Source of the DNA: Heteronotia binoei
Taxonomy: Eukaryota
Direction of reading: 5' to 3'
Assembly: GCF_032191835.1 (NCBI RefSeq)
Contig: NC_083229.1
Span: 111,910,001 to 111,974,000 of the forward strand
Length of the DNA stretch: 64,000 nucleotides
Shown: positions 23,021-35,300 of the stretch, one piece after another
Position numbering within the stretch: position 1 is the first letter of the stretch
How the letters are laid out: each line of letters starts with the position of its first letter
Position numbers and translations under genes: made by a program
The notes under the pieces: model-generated
Told to the model about the DNA's origin: nothing
What the model saw: only the letters and a program-made list of their open reading frames with translations
Databases searched by the model: none

Positions 23021-23544
23021 CAAGCAGCAGAATGGGCAGGGCAGTTATCAGAAAGGTCAGAAGACCCTGTTCCCAAGGCAAAAGCAAGATCCAGCCAAAA
23101 GAATAAACTGTCAGCTCAGAATCAATGTGGACCACTCTCAGTTCTTAATGAACCGGCAAAAGAAGGATGAATCTGAATTTGTAAGAAAGAGTAATTACTT
23201 TGGGAAATAAGATGATCATCTGAAGTCCCCACTGACTCCATCTGACAGTCCAGTTTCATGTGTGAATCTCATCTCAGCTTTGTACTGTTTCAAAGTCATA
23301 CTTTTAAAGTCAACAGTACTTTTAAGTGAGTTATTGAATGTTTAGTGAGGTAGAAATGCCCTCCACTGGTTTCTGAAGGTGCTACGGCACTACCTCCTTG
23401 GGAAAAGTACATATCCACCCCCCTTCTGCAGTACTACTTTAAACCCCCACCCCCAAATATTAATTTATATCTTGTAGTATGCATTCATGATTTTGCATTT
23501 TCTATTTTTACCTACATGAAACAGAAGATGCATTCATATCTTAC

Positions 23545-23657
23545 CTGAAAAAATATCACTTTGTTGTCATGTCTCCAGAAGTTAGTTACTGGGTAACCGC
23601 TATGCCCCCGGCAAGGAATTAACTCAAGGGCTGAACTGCAGTTGGGGCAGTGCTTTT
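23545..23657 (-). CDS. GCM2: GCM2 exon 3 (113 nt): (K)[37 protein letters not shown]
   Basis: attgcag|AA AAG...CAG|gtaaga; zinc-binding CPNC and CRGH motifs. Confidence 0.97.
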
Positions 23658-24440
23658 CTGCAATATGGAGCTCAAAGTTAGTGTCATCCCAAGTGGCCCC
23701 ATCATTGACTTCAATGAAGTTAGAAAAGTGTAACTCTACAAAAGTTGGCAGCACTGTTCGTGGTAAATCAGATTTTAAAGTTCAGCATTCTAGTGTCTAA
23801 ACTTCCAAGCAAAGTAAATGAAGTATAATGCATATTCTGATAATTCCCCCCACACAAACACTGTCAAGTCGCAGCCGACTTATGGAGACCCTGCAGGATT
23901 TCAAGGCAAGAGTCATTTAGAAATAGTTCATCGATTCATGCCTCTAGTGTAACAACCCTGGTATTCCTATACATACCTTAATTATAAATACATTAGTCTC
24001 TCATTTTATTATTATTTTAATCTTTAAGCTGGATGTTGATTATAACTCAAAATATTCACAGGGATTCAATCCCGTTCCTAGCGCTTCAATTCTTCCAACT
24101 CCATCTTGATTCTCCCAAAGATATAAAAGAGCAAGTATTTCAAAAAAGGTGGCGTAACATCCTGAAGGCTAGTACATTTACAGTGCCATCCTAAGCAGAT
24201 CTCCTCAGCATCCTATTCAAAATTATTCAGTGAGGCTTACACCTAGGAAAAGGATTGCACCATTGCTTTACCACCCAAGCTGTTGGTGGGTTTGGACTAT
24301 ATACATGAGACTCAAATTATTTCTTTTAGTATTTACAGAAATATCAGAGCCGATTTGTATGGTGTTTATGGGACCTAGACATAAAGTAGTTACATTGCGA
24401 TTAGCTGAATGGTCAAGTGATTTCTATTAGAGATGAATCT

Positions 24441-24563
24441 CAGGGCTTTTTTTGAGCAGGAACACACAGGAATGCATTTTCGGCTGGCTTGGTGTCAGGG
24501 GGTGTGACCTAATATGCAATGAGCCCCTGCTGGGCTTTTTCTCAAAAAAAAAAAAAATTCCCT
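24441..24563. mobile_element. Short CAGGGC-TIR MITE (family A'); other copies at 25287-25403, 43175-43291 and 51816-51947
   Basis: Shares the TIR and the GCATATTAGGCCACAC motif with family A. Confidence 0.65.
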
Positions 24564-24950
24564 GGAGATGATAGTGAAAGCAGATCCTTGATCCCTGTTC
24601 CTAGATCTGAGAATCTTCTTGGGTCTTCTTCATGAATTGGATCTTGGGAAAGTGAATGTGGGTGCTAGAGTAACTTTGCCAAGAGCAAAGTTACAAGGAT
24701 CACTCCAAAGCGTCATCCCTTGTGCATCATTCATTCATTTGAAAGAGATCTTCTTGGTGTTCAAAGATCTCTGAAATTCACATTTCGGATATTCTACTTT
24801 TGGATACCATTGCGGCTGGAGAGCTGATAAGCAGACGTCCTCTGTATGGAACTCCCTATCAGGAAATAAACTCTGTTGAGAGTCGCATACAGCTCCCAAA
24901 CCATAGGGGAAACTATAAGCCATAAGCGTCTCCCATTTCCCCTTTCTCAC

Positions 24951-25203
24951 TTTGTTGCTTTTGCCGAGCTTTATCGCATATAGCGGGGCGGAGCTGTAGC
25001 TTGGTCCCGTTTGGCAGCGTGCAGTTCCTGGCACACACCACCACGCCGAGGCAAGACTTCTTCAGGATTTGGCAGTTGTGGTTGTTGGTGTTGCGCATGG
25101 CCCAGCCGCTGAGATGGCGCTGTGCATTCTTATCTTCACTGGCATAAATAAACCTCAAATAGCCATCTGGCCACTCCTGGAAGGAATCGAAGTGCTTGGG
25201 TTC
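24951..25203 (-). CDS. GCM2: GCM2 exon 2 (253 nt): [20 protein letters not shown]...[10 protein letters not shown]...[10 protein letters not shown]...[13 protein letters not shown]
   Basis: caatgcag|GAA...CAA A|gtgaga; unmistakable GCM DNA-binding domain. Confidence 0.97.
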
Positions 25204-25406
25204 CTGCATTGGAGACAAATAAATAAAACAGAGAGAGGAAGCAGAGGAGCAGAAGGAAAGATACTTGAACAGAGCATGCCTCTAACCAGGGCTTTTGTTG
25301 TAGAAAAAGTCCAGCAGGGACTCATTTGTATATTAGGCCACACCCTCTGACACCAAACCAGCTGGAACTGCGTTCCTGTGTGTTCCTACTCAAAAAAGCC
25401 CTGCCT

Positions 25407-25655
25407 CTAGAAAGGCAGGTAGTTTCCTGTGCAAGCACCAGTTGTTTCCAACTTTGGGGTGACGTTGCATCATGATGTTTTCACTTCTTAAGGGGTGGTT
25501 TGCCATTGCCTTCCCCAGTCATCTACGCTTTACCCCCAGCAATCTGGGTACTCATTTTACCGACCTCGGGAAGGATGGAAGGCTGAGTCAACCTTGAGCC
25601 AGCTACCTGAACCCAGCTTCCACCAGGATCGAACTCAGGTCGTGAGCAGAGAGTT
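25407..25655 (-). mobile_element. Sauria-type SINE in GCM2 intron 1
   Basis: Reverse-complement match to 4511-4805. Confidence 0.78.
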
Positions 25656-26839
25656 CCTGTGCGTCCCTGTTCAGAAAAAACCCTGCTTCTAACTACAGGT
25701 AAAAGCTGGACAATTGTGGGAGGACCATGCGTTCAGCATGCCATTCGTTTCACCTATATTCTGCAACGTCTGCAGACACAAGAGCACAAGATCCTTACAC
25801 CCGTGTTAAACCGCATTTCTGCTTCCTCAGATAAATCTATTCCTGACAACTGCTGCGTTTGTATTAGTTTCTGTAGACTATGCAGACATGACCTCCTTGT
25901 AACTGGTCAGATGTTTCCTGTTATGCTTGAAGTGTGGGCGACGTCATTATTATGAGAGAGTGTATAAAATAAAGGAACCTTGCTGAGAAGAAAGGCTTCT
26001 CCTCTGAGCAGGCTTTTTCTCCTGGAACACGTGTCGAGTGGTCATTCCTACAGACAATCCTTTCCTCAAAAGGCCAATAATCAAGATGCCAGCCCACATT
26101 TGCAAAAAAGGCATTCATACAAACTGCAGCGCAGGAGGGCCAGCGCACACATGACGCTCCTGCATGCCGGCACTACCAGTGTAGACATCCTTTCTTATTG
26201 TCAGATCCACAGTCCTATCCCAACTGAATGTTAAGCATGCCATTAAACCAGCAGGCTTACAGCTGTCAAAGGCAGCTAAAAAAAACCCTTTCCCAGATGT
26301 TGCTCGTAATTTGTAGTGAGCAACAGAACTCTCCTCTGTGAACTTCACATTTAAAGTTGTATTATCATTGTGTCAATTTGCTCAAGGACCACGATGACTT
26401 TGCAGCCACCAAGAACATTTCAGCAGTGGTAATACCATATCCTGCCACTGGAATGGAAAATATTTTTAAATGGCAAAAGATCAGCAAAAATAATTCACTC
26501 GTCGCACCCACATGACCATGCTGTTTTGCTGTTTGGGGCACCTTTTCCTTTCTTTGTTCGAATTCTGTGAGCACTCCGTGCTCCTGTCCTCCTATGCTAG
26601 AACACTCATCTAGGTTTTTAAAAGGGGAAACAAAATGAGAACAGCATAATCCATCTCCCCACAATCCATCCATGGCATACATGCAGATTGGACGTCATGC
26701 TATTGTTTGCAGGGCTGGGAGTTGAAAACCAGTATTATACAAGGATAGGATGCACTTTGTCAGATTATGCAGAGAGAGACACCTGCACCTCGAAACCACG
26801 CCTAGCATTCTAGATCATCCGTGTCTTCTTATTCCATAC

Positions 26840-26929
26840 CTGCGGCATCTTGGGGTCGTTGATGTCCCATGTTAACTTCATCCCATAGGAACAGACATAG
26901 TCGGAGTCCTCAAAGGGATCTTTTGACAT
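26840..26929 (-). CDS. GCM2: GCM2 first coding exon (90 nt): MSKDPFEDSDYVCSYGMKLTWDINDPKMPQ
   Basis: ATG at 26929 with A at -3; WDIND motif; donor CAG|gtatgg. An in-frame ATG at 26938 would add MVN. The five exons sum to 1458 nt (485 aa). Confidence 0.93.
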
Positions 26930-27227
26930 GTTCACCATGGACCTAGGAGGACAGGATAAGCAACATGTGGCAGGAATTCCTTCTAACTTGTGTTACCATG
27001 GGCAGCTTCCTAGTTCCTAGATGTGTGCTGTCTGCCCTGACTCCATCTTGGCCAAATTCATGTTGGCAGCCATTTTAGGAACTAGCAATGCCATATTTTG
27101 GAGAAGGTGAGGTCAAGGCTCTTTTCAGGCTATACTAACAAGTGGTGGGATAATGATTCACTAACGGGACACCTGTATTCCTACCCATTGCAATGAGGAC
27201 TTGCCAAGCCAGGCACTCACTTAGGTC

Positions 27228-27399
27228 CAGGGGTGGAATTCTAGCAGGAGCTCCTTTGCATATTAGGCCACACACTCCTGATGTAGCCAATCCTCCATGA
27301 GCTTACAAGGCTCTTTTTTTTAAGCTCATGGAGGATTGGCTACATCGGGGGGGGGGTGGTCTAATATGCAAAGGAGTTCCTGCTAGAATTTCACTCCTG
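27228..27399. mobile_element. Fold-back MITE, family A, upstream of GCM2
   Basis: CAGGGGTGGAATTCTAGC...GCTAGAATTTCACTCCTG with perfect TSD CTTAGGTC. Confidence 0.85.
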
Positions 27400-28220
27400 C
27401 TTAGGTCTATCAATGTAATTTCAACAACAAACACAAGTCTTCCCAAGAACAAAGTCTAAGGACCATCAAGCGGCCAGGTAGGCATGATTACTTGAGTGCC
27501 TGAGTGTCACCTTCCAACCTACCCCAAGCATAAGTGAAGCCTCTATTCTGCCAGCTCTTTTGTCCATCTTGGCTGGATGCAATTTGCTGACAACCCACCC
27601 CCCCTCCCCAACACTCAATTGGAGGTAGAAAATCCACAGGTCCTCATCCTGGACTCACCCTGAATTCCTGGACTTTACAATTATTTCTTTGATAGTCTAC
27701 TGGGCTGGCATCTATTGCTGTTCTGCCAGCTAAAACTGTGCAGTCTCACCCCACTGCTGACTCAGAAGCTGGCCGTTCCTCTCTTCTCTTCTGGAACCAT
27801 CAAACCTTCTTACTGTTTCCTTGGGATCATGCAACACTCCATCTAAAGGTCCCACACACTGAATCTCTGTCATCTAAACAGATAATGTGCTCTACCCAGG
27901 TCTGTATAGATAAACTCCTTCCCTGTTCACTCCTTTTTTCTTAAAAACTCCTGTTTTCTCCCCTTCTTTAAATCCCTCTCTCCCACATTTCTCCTTTTGA
28001 CCATTCCCTGGTGCAGAGTTCTCACTCTGTCAGAGGCTTGGATCTCTTTCACTTTTCCTTTCTGTCCTCTCATGTAATTCTTCATATGCACGTCCTCCTG
28101 AACACAACAGTTTCACTGTTCTTACGCTTCAGTAACTTTTCGATTCCCGCACCTCTACACTTTCGTCGATAAATTCTAAACCTTGCCTTGGAAAAGACCT
28201 GATTGTTTTGTGGTTAGCAG

Positions 28221-28414
28221 CAGTGTTCCCTCTAAGCTGAGTTAGCAGGAGCCAGCTCACAATTTTTTAGCCTCCAGCTCATACGTTTTTGTCTCAGCTC
28301 AGGAAGGATGGCCCCAGAGCAAACTAATTTATTCAGTAGCTCACAACTTTAATGCCAGTAGCTCACAAAGTAGAATTTTTGCTCACAAGACTCTGCAGCT
28401 AAGAGGGAACATTG
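28221..28414. mobile_element. hAT-type MITE, family B
   Basis: TIRs plus TSD gttagcag/gttaccag. Confidence 0.8.
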
Positions 28415-29508
28415 GTTACCAGTAGCCTAACAGAGGTGCTTTGAGCTTGCTTGCATGGTATGCACATAAAGATCCTTAGATCACATGTTCAGTCCCCTCC
28501 TAATTGGCAAGCCTAATAGTTTCCCAAGCTAGCCAAACTGTAGATGTGAAGTTTTCCCCTAACACTGAGCTTAATTCCCCTGAACTGATGGTGGTTCTGA
28601 CTGAGAGTCCTGAACACAAGTCAGAGTGCCCACGTGCGTCTAAGAAGACGTGCGAAAGAGAACACGTGTGGTGAAACTCTTGCAGGTATAACATCAGGCT
28701 GTCAAAAAAAAAAATCTCAGTGAAGAAATGGCAGTTATAATTGGTTAAACTTTTCTGGTCTAGGAATCATTCTTACATGGATCCTTGCACAAGCATAAGA
28801 CCAGTTCTGTCACAATAACGGGTGCTTGGCAAGCTGTGTTGCCTCTGAGTTAGTGTGAGCTAGCTCACAGATTTTTAGCCTCCAGCTCACACATTTTTGT
28901 CTTAGCTCAGGAAAAATGGCCCCAGAACAAAATAACTTACGCAGTAGCTCACAACTTTAATGTCAACATAATGTCGACATAAACAATCATCAGACCCCAA
29001 ATTGTGATTATTTTAATCTGCTAACTAACATTTCCATGATTTTGCATACAAATTCACTACCCACTTTATATTTAGGACTGTTTGCCATCCCATCCTACTG
29101 ATGAAGTGTGCTTCTAGCACACAAAAGCTTACATTCTGAATAAAACTTTGTTGGTATTAAAGGTACAACTTGACTCCTGCTTTGTTCTACTAACTTTAAT
29201 GCCAGTAGCTCACAAAGCAGAATTTTTGCTCACAAGACTCTGCAGCTTAGAAGGAATATCGATTGCAAGGTAATTTTCTAAACTGATCATGTGAATGGAC
29301 AGAACTAAGCAAACATTAACAAACAAACTAAACAGAGAGTGAGAGAGCTCCCCAAGTGCCATGAGTAAGTATCTAATAGTGCAATCCTGAGTAGAGTCAC
29401 ACACCATTTTAAGCCCACTGATTTCAATGCACTATAAGGCATATCTGTTTTCCAGCTGCCTCTGTTCCTAGCTTGGGCTGCAGAGCATCATTAAACAACA
29501 ATAACCAC

Positions 29509-29683
29509 CAGGGCTTTTTTTTGTAGCAGGAACTCCTTTGCATATTAGGCCACATACCCCTGATGTAGCCAATCTTCCTGGAGCTTGTAGTAGGCCCTAT
29601 ACTAAGAGCCCTGTAAACTCTTGGATGATCGGCTACATCAGGGCCTAATATGCAAAGGAGTTCCTGCTACAAAAAAGGCTCTG
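29509..29683. mobile_element. Fold-back MITE, family A
   Basis: Homologous to 1475-1659. Confidence 0.72.
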
Positions 29684-29739
29684 ACAACAACTATACCTAA
29701 TTGTAAAGTGGGTGGCTTGTGCAAAAAGAGGCTACTTAC

Positions 29740-30260
29740 AGATAAGGTATGGGTTTCCTTTTGGGCAGTCCTCAGGTATACAGGGAAAATGATGTGAATA
29801 CTGTGCAGTTCTGGTCACTGTATTTTAAAAAATGATATTGCAGAGCTGAGGAAAGTACAGAGGAGAACCACCAACCACAAAGGGGATTGAAGCACCTTTC
29901 CTGTGAGGAAAGGAATGAAAATCTGGGACTCTTTAGTCTAAAGAGATGGCTAAAGGAAGACAGGATAGCGGTTTACAAAATTAGGCATGGAGTGGAGGGA
30001 ACTTTTCTCCCTCACCCACAATACTATAACTGAGGGGCAGCCGATGGAGTTCTTCTGAAATAGGTTCAGGACATACAAAAGTACTTCTCTGGGAGATGAG
30101 TGATTCAGCTGTGGAATTCACTGCCAGGTGAGGATGTGATGGCCACAACCACAGATAGATTTAAGAGGGGGTTAAAATATATTCACGGAAGAGGAATCCA
30201 TCAACATCCACTAGCCATCCACTAGCCGTGGAAGGAAAGCTGCATCTACAGAGGCAGCAA
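29740..30260 (+). mobile_element. Degenerate CR1 LINE ORF2 3' fragment
   Basis: gaatactgtgcagttctggtc...gtacagaggagaaccac...ctgggactctttagtct is a typical CR1 3' ORF2 signature. Confidence 0.6.
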
Positions 30261-31139
30261 CTCTCTAAATAGTTGCCCTGAGCCTGTTAGGGGAGGGCAG
30301 GATATAAATGTGTGCCCTCAGCCTTTGTGCTCTCCTGCCCTCCAGGACAACTGGTTGGCTGCTGTGTGAAACAGTGTTCCCCCCCCCCCCCCCATTGCCC
30401 AAATTATCTCAGAAATACTTGCAAGCAACTATTCTGTCAGATAGTTCAGTATTCTTATCGCCATGTTACTGATGGGGCAAATGACCAGATCCTGATTGAA
30501 CAGCGGATTTCTCAAGAACAGGTGTTAAGGTGATGTCTGAAGGGAGATTGCTACCAAAGACTTTTCAGCAGGTATTTCATATTATTATCACCCCATCCAC
30601 TAGGGCCTGGCCTACTCTTGAAGGAATGAGAAGGTAATGAAGGGGCAGAGCACTGAGGTGAATCCCCTGTAACTGGAAAACTTTCACATCATGCCAAAGG
30701 TTATGATAGCCTAACTGTTTTGCCCGATTTGCTAATAGTCTACTTACAGAGAGGCTTTTTAGAGCCTTAAAAAGGGATGGGGCATGGTATAGCCTACTTT
30801 ACCTCCTTAGAATCCTACCACCTCCTTCTGCTGTAGGTACTCTGTGTGTGTGTGAGTGAAGTGCCTCAAGTCAGTTCTACTCATGGCAGCCCTATGAATT
30901 AATGGTCTCCCAAAAGCTGTGCTTAGGTCTTGCAAACGGAGGACAGTAGCTTCCCTGGTTGAGTCAATCCATCTCATGTTGGGTCTTCTTGCTTTCCTGC
31001 TGCCTTCTGCTTTTCCTAGCAAGACTGTCTTTTCTGGTGACTCTTGTCTTCTCCGAATGCAACAAGGGTATTGGGGCAGCCCTGAAGGAGCTAGGAAGGT
31101 TTAAGAATGTGTCACTGGGGAGGATCAAGAATGCTCTTC

Positions 31140-31375
31140 TCTCTAAATCAGAGTCTCAGAGCGGCCTCCTTTATCTTCTTCCCCCACAGCAGACACCCTG
31201 TGAAGTGGGTGGGGCCGAGAGAGCTCTCACAGAAGCTGCCCTTTCAAGGATAATTCTGCGAGAGCTATGGCTGACCCAAGGCCATTCCACCAGCTGCATG
31301 TAGAGGAGTGGGGAATCAAACACACTTCTCCCAGATAAGAGTCCGCACACTTAACCGCTACACCAAACTGGCTCT
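31140..31375 (-). mobile_element. Squam3-like SINE
   Basis: Reverse-complement match to 10876-11150. Confidence 0.72.
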
Positions 31376-32030
31376 CAAAGATGAAGTTCAAAGATCAAGC
31401 TAACTCACACTATAGTATTTCTCATCACTTTGAATAGATTGTACACCCAGATTCTCTCAGCCAAAAGCAGCCCCCCCCCCTCCCAGTATGCCCTTCCAAG
31501 CAACTGCTCCAAATCCTTCTGGCAACAATTGGGTGCAATTCAGAACTCAGGTGTTCGGGAACTGTCTAGTTGCCTTCAATCATTGAATGCCTATTATTAA
31601 GGCCTCTTCCTGCATTTCTATTCTTTGGGTATCAAAGCAGTCTGTCTCCTTCCCCCTTCCTAAGAACATAAGAGGAGCCATGTTGGATCAGGCCAATGGC
31701 TCATCCAGTCCATCACTCTGTGTCACACAGTGGCCAACCCCCATTTCGAAGGACAAGTAGCCTCGCTCAACCAGTCTGGAGATCCCTGTGAGGCAGTGGC
31801 AGAGCTGGTAAGTTTGATGCCATCCTATCATGCTGATATGAATGGGTGTGAAAGCTGGGCAAGGAAGAAAGCGGACCGGAAGAAAGCTGGTTCTTTTGAA
31901 ATGTGGCGTCCCAGGGGAGTTTTATGGATAGGGTGGGCCCCTGAGCACACCAATGTATGCAGTAGCTCACAACTTTCATGCCAGTAGCTCACAAAGCAGA
32001 ATTTTAGCTCCTAAGACTCCACAGCTTAGA

Positions 32031-32124
32031 GCAGGGGTGACCAAACTTGCTTAATATAAGAGCCACACAGAATACACATCAGATGTTTAAGAGCTGCTAT
32101 ACATGAATGTCAGATGTTTGAGAG

Positions 32125-32173
<49 letters not shown>

Positions 32174-32361
32174 AGGAAGGAAGGAAGGAAGGAAGGAAAG
32201 AGAGGTGGAAAGAAAGCAACTTTAACTTTAAATGCATTATCCAAGCCAAGTGGCTTGGCTTGACGACGTGATTTAAGCCATCTCCAAGCTGGCCAACAGG
32301 ATGGTGAAGACTTCCAAAGCCACACGAGTTGTGTGAAAGAGCCACAGTTCGGCCACCCCTG
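32031..32361. mobile_element. hAT-type MITE, family C (CAGGGGTGRCCAAAC...GGCCACCCCTG), with internal (CAGG)n(AAGG)n
   Basis: Perfect TSD GCTTAGAG; relatives at about 33039-33358, 37035-37331 and 56486-56808. Confidence 0.85.
32124..32198 (+). repeat. Compound tetranucleotide microsatellite (CAGG)n(AAGG)n
   Basis: Directly visible. Confidence 0.95.
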
Positions 32362-35300
32362 GCTTAGAGGGGAGCCATTCTCAGCAGGGTTGCCAAGAGA
32401 AGGCAGAAGGGGAGAAGAGAGCGGCTGGGGTGGAGAGGCAGGGCAGCACCGGAAAGGGACCCACTTGCCTGGGAAGCGCCGTGCTCTGTCCGCCGCCGGC
32501 AGTGCTGAAATCTCTCTTGCAGTTTGCGGGGCAGCAGCTTGGGAACGGGCTCTTTTCTGGCCTCCTCTCCCCGGGAGCTGAGCGACTCCTCCCCCTGGGA
32601 CGTCCGTCCCAGACACCGGAGGAGACACCCGAGTCGCTCCGCTCGGAAAATCAGAAAGCCCCCCAAAGGGGTCCCGATCCCCCATCCGGCAAAACTGCAA
32701 CGCCGAGAGGCCGGCTGCGATCCGTAGCACGCTTTTACTCGGAAGTAAGCCGCCCCAGAAGCTCTTCCAGCTTGCTTCGCCACGCATGCCTTTAGATGCT
32801 GCCCTGCAACGGCGATTTGGCGATCTACAAACGGGTTGAGCGGAACCACTTGCCCTTCGAAATCGGATTAGGAGCTCCGGACCGGCCGCCGGGGTGGAAA
32901 TGTTTCGCTCTAAGTCTGCAGGAGCGCTTGCGCAAGAGGAAAGACTTTAACAGACCGGCTGGCCCTGAAATCGGCTACAGGGAGAGCGACTTCGATACAA
33001 AGAGCCAGACTGAGCCCAAACGCGCAGTTAGTCTTGCCCACGGGTGGCCAAACTTGCTTAACGTAAGAACCACATAGAATTAATGTCAGATGTTTGAGAA
33101 CTGCAAGACACAAACATCAGATGTTTGAGAGCCGGGAGGGAGGCAAGCAAGCAAGCAAATAGACGAGGGAGAGAGGGGTGGAAAGGAAGCAACTTTCTCC
33201 ATTCTCCACGACGCCAGCTAGCTTGGCTTGGAGAAGTGATTAACAGAGAGAAGTGCCTTTTCCAAGTCAGCTGAGGGGTCCGTGGGGGCTTCGAGAGCCA
33301 CAGGATGTGCGTGAAAGAGCCACCTGCGGCTCCCCAGCCACAGTTTGGCCACTCCTTGCTAAACTTAATCCAACAATTCGATTTCAATAGGTTTGAAATC
33401 TAATCTGAAATGAGTCGCAGGCTTCTCCTTTAGAGGATTTACCGGGTTGGAAGCGAAACCGTTGCTTTCACACCCGGTGGTGGATAACGCTCTTTCAATG
33501 CACTTTGAACAGGAGTTTGCAACCGGATTTCACCGGGTTGAACTTGCAACATCCACTCGCAAACGGTTGCTAAAGTGTTCGGCTTTGAAGCAGCTGATTA
33601 CGCTCCACTTAGAGGAACCTTTGAGTTTAGGAAATACTAATTGAAATCGGGGAGGGAGGGAAGGCCGGAGAAGGTGGTCTCAGGAGGGAAGGCCATCGAA
33701 GGATCAGGGAGAGAGGAGAAAGTGAACCGAAATTGAACGGAAACCGTTTGTCCCCGTCGCCATCCAGCGAAAGTCAGTTATGCAACCGAGCTGGTTCACT
33801 GGTCAGCGCCGTCTTCTTGGCCACTTTTCTTTCTCAGCTCTGTTAAAGCGGCAAATTTGGGCTTACTTAACCTGGTAGTGGCAAGAACAAAATCTGAGAC
33901 ACCTTTAAGATCAACGAAGTTTAAATCTGGGCATAAACTTTCGTATAAACTGGATATAAACTTTCCTGTAAAATGGGTATAAGCTTTCAATAAATAGCTA
34001 GCACAATAGGATTAGGGTTGAAGGTATTGCATCAGGTATCGAAAACCAGAACTGAAACAAAGCACTGCAATGGCTCGACATTACACACACAAAACGATGC
34101 AAAAATTGCACAGGAGGATTCTCTTTCCAGCAAGTTCAGCTCAGTCGTGACGGTAAAATGGAGAAGACGAAATTGTAATCCACTTCGGGTCCCCAATGGT
34201 AAAAAAAGTGGGATATAAATAAATTGTCTCCTTGAATGTCACGGGGGTTTAATGTGATAAAATTGTTCAAATGCAAACGTGTATCCCTTGGATGCTTATG
34301 GGTTTAATGAGCGGAGATATTTTATAATAAAAGTAAGTCTGCAGGCTCAAATTCAGAACAATGTTTCCTGCTTCCTTCCTTGCCAGGCGCGGCGGGGTCT
34401 ATTAACCCAGAAAAAACCGCCTGGTCTCCCTGATCCATCCAGCAGTTTTCAGCCGGTAGGAAACGGATTCTCCCCGCGCTGCCGGCTCCCTGAGGTTATG
34501 ATCACAGGCCCTAAATAATGCACTTTCAATCCAATTTCAGTGCACTTTCCAACTTGATTTTGCCAGCCTGCACAGTAAAATCCAGTTGGAAAGTGCATTG
34601 AAAGCTGCTATTTATATGTGATCTATCAAATTGCCTTGTTACATTGATGAGGTTTTAACTGTTTTTAGAATATTGTGATCCGCCCTGAGCCCATTTTGGA
34701 AAAGGGCGGAATAGAAATTGCCTAAATAAATAAATTGAAAGTGCATTATTCGGCGTGTGAGCGCAGCCAGGATAACAAGCGCTGGCAATCAGGGTCTTGC
34801 GCCTTTTGAAACTGAGCCTCTCGATGCTTTTGGAAATCTCTTCCGCTAAACTCAGTGGCTGGTTGCATTCGAAGAAGCACGCCTAGAATTGAAGCCTTCT
34901 TTCTTCCTCATATCTCACTTAAACTGCGCTTACGCACACTAACAGGGCCATCGATTAGCACTTTCCTGGGACGGAAGCTCTGCTGAGTCAAATGGGGCAT
35001 ACTTCCTAAACGCAAAGTGCTTCCTAAACTGTCCAAGTGCTTTACTTTCCGATGCATACCGGGAAAACGGCAAGTTTATTCATAAACTTTGAAAATGCGC
35101 CGCTAGAATCGGTGGGATTAACTGGAGATAAAGAAAAAATCGTCCACAGTTTGGGGACAGAGCTTCTTCGTTCTGGAGTTTTTCGAACAAGTTATGTTAG
35201 AAGAAAACCAAACGCACAGACTAACAGCGTGCTCTTTGTCCGTTACCGGATTTTGTGGGGTTTTTCTTGGCTATTGGTTTATTTTAGCTTTCGGGAATTT

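Noticed and set aside
25809-25818. GCM autoregulatory site (ACCGCAT)
   Set aside because: Imperfect versus (A/G)CCCGCAT; expected by chance.
32110-32849. 225-aa and 161-aa minus-strand ORFs
   Set aside because: GC-rich DNA plus microsatellite translation (PACL and PSFL repeats); no homology recognised.
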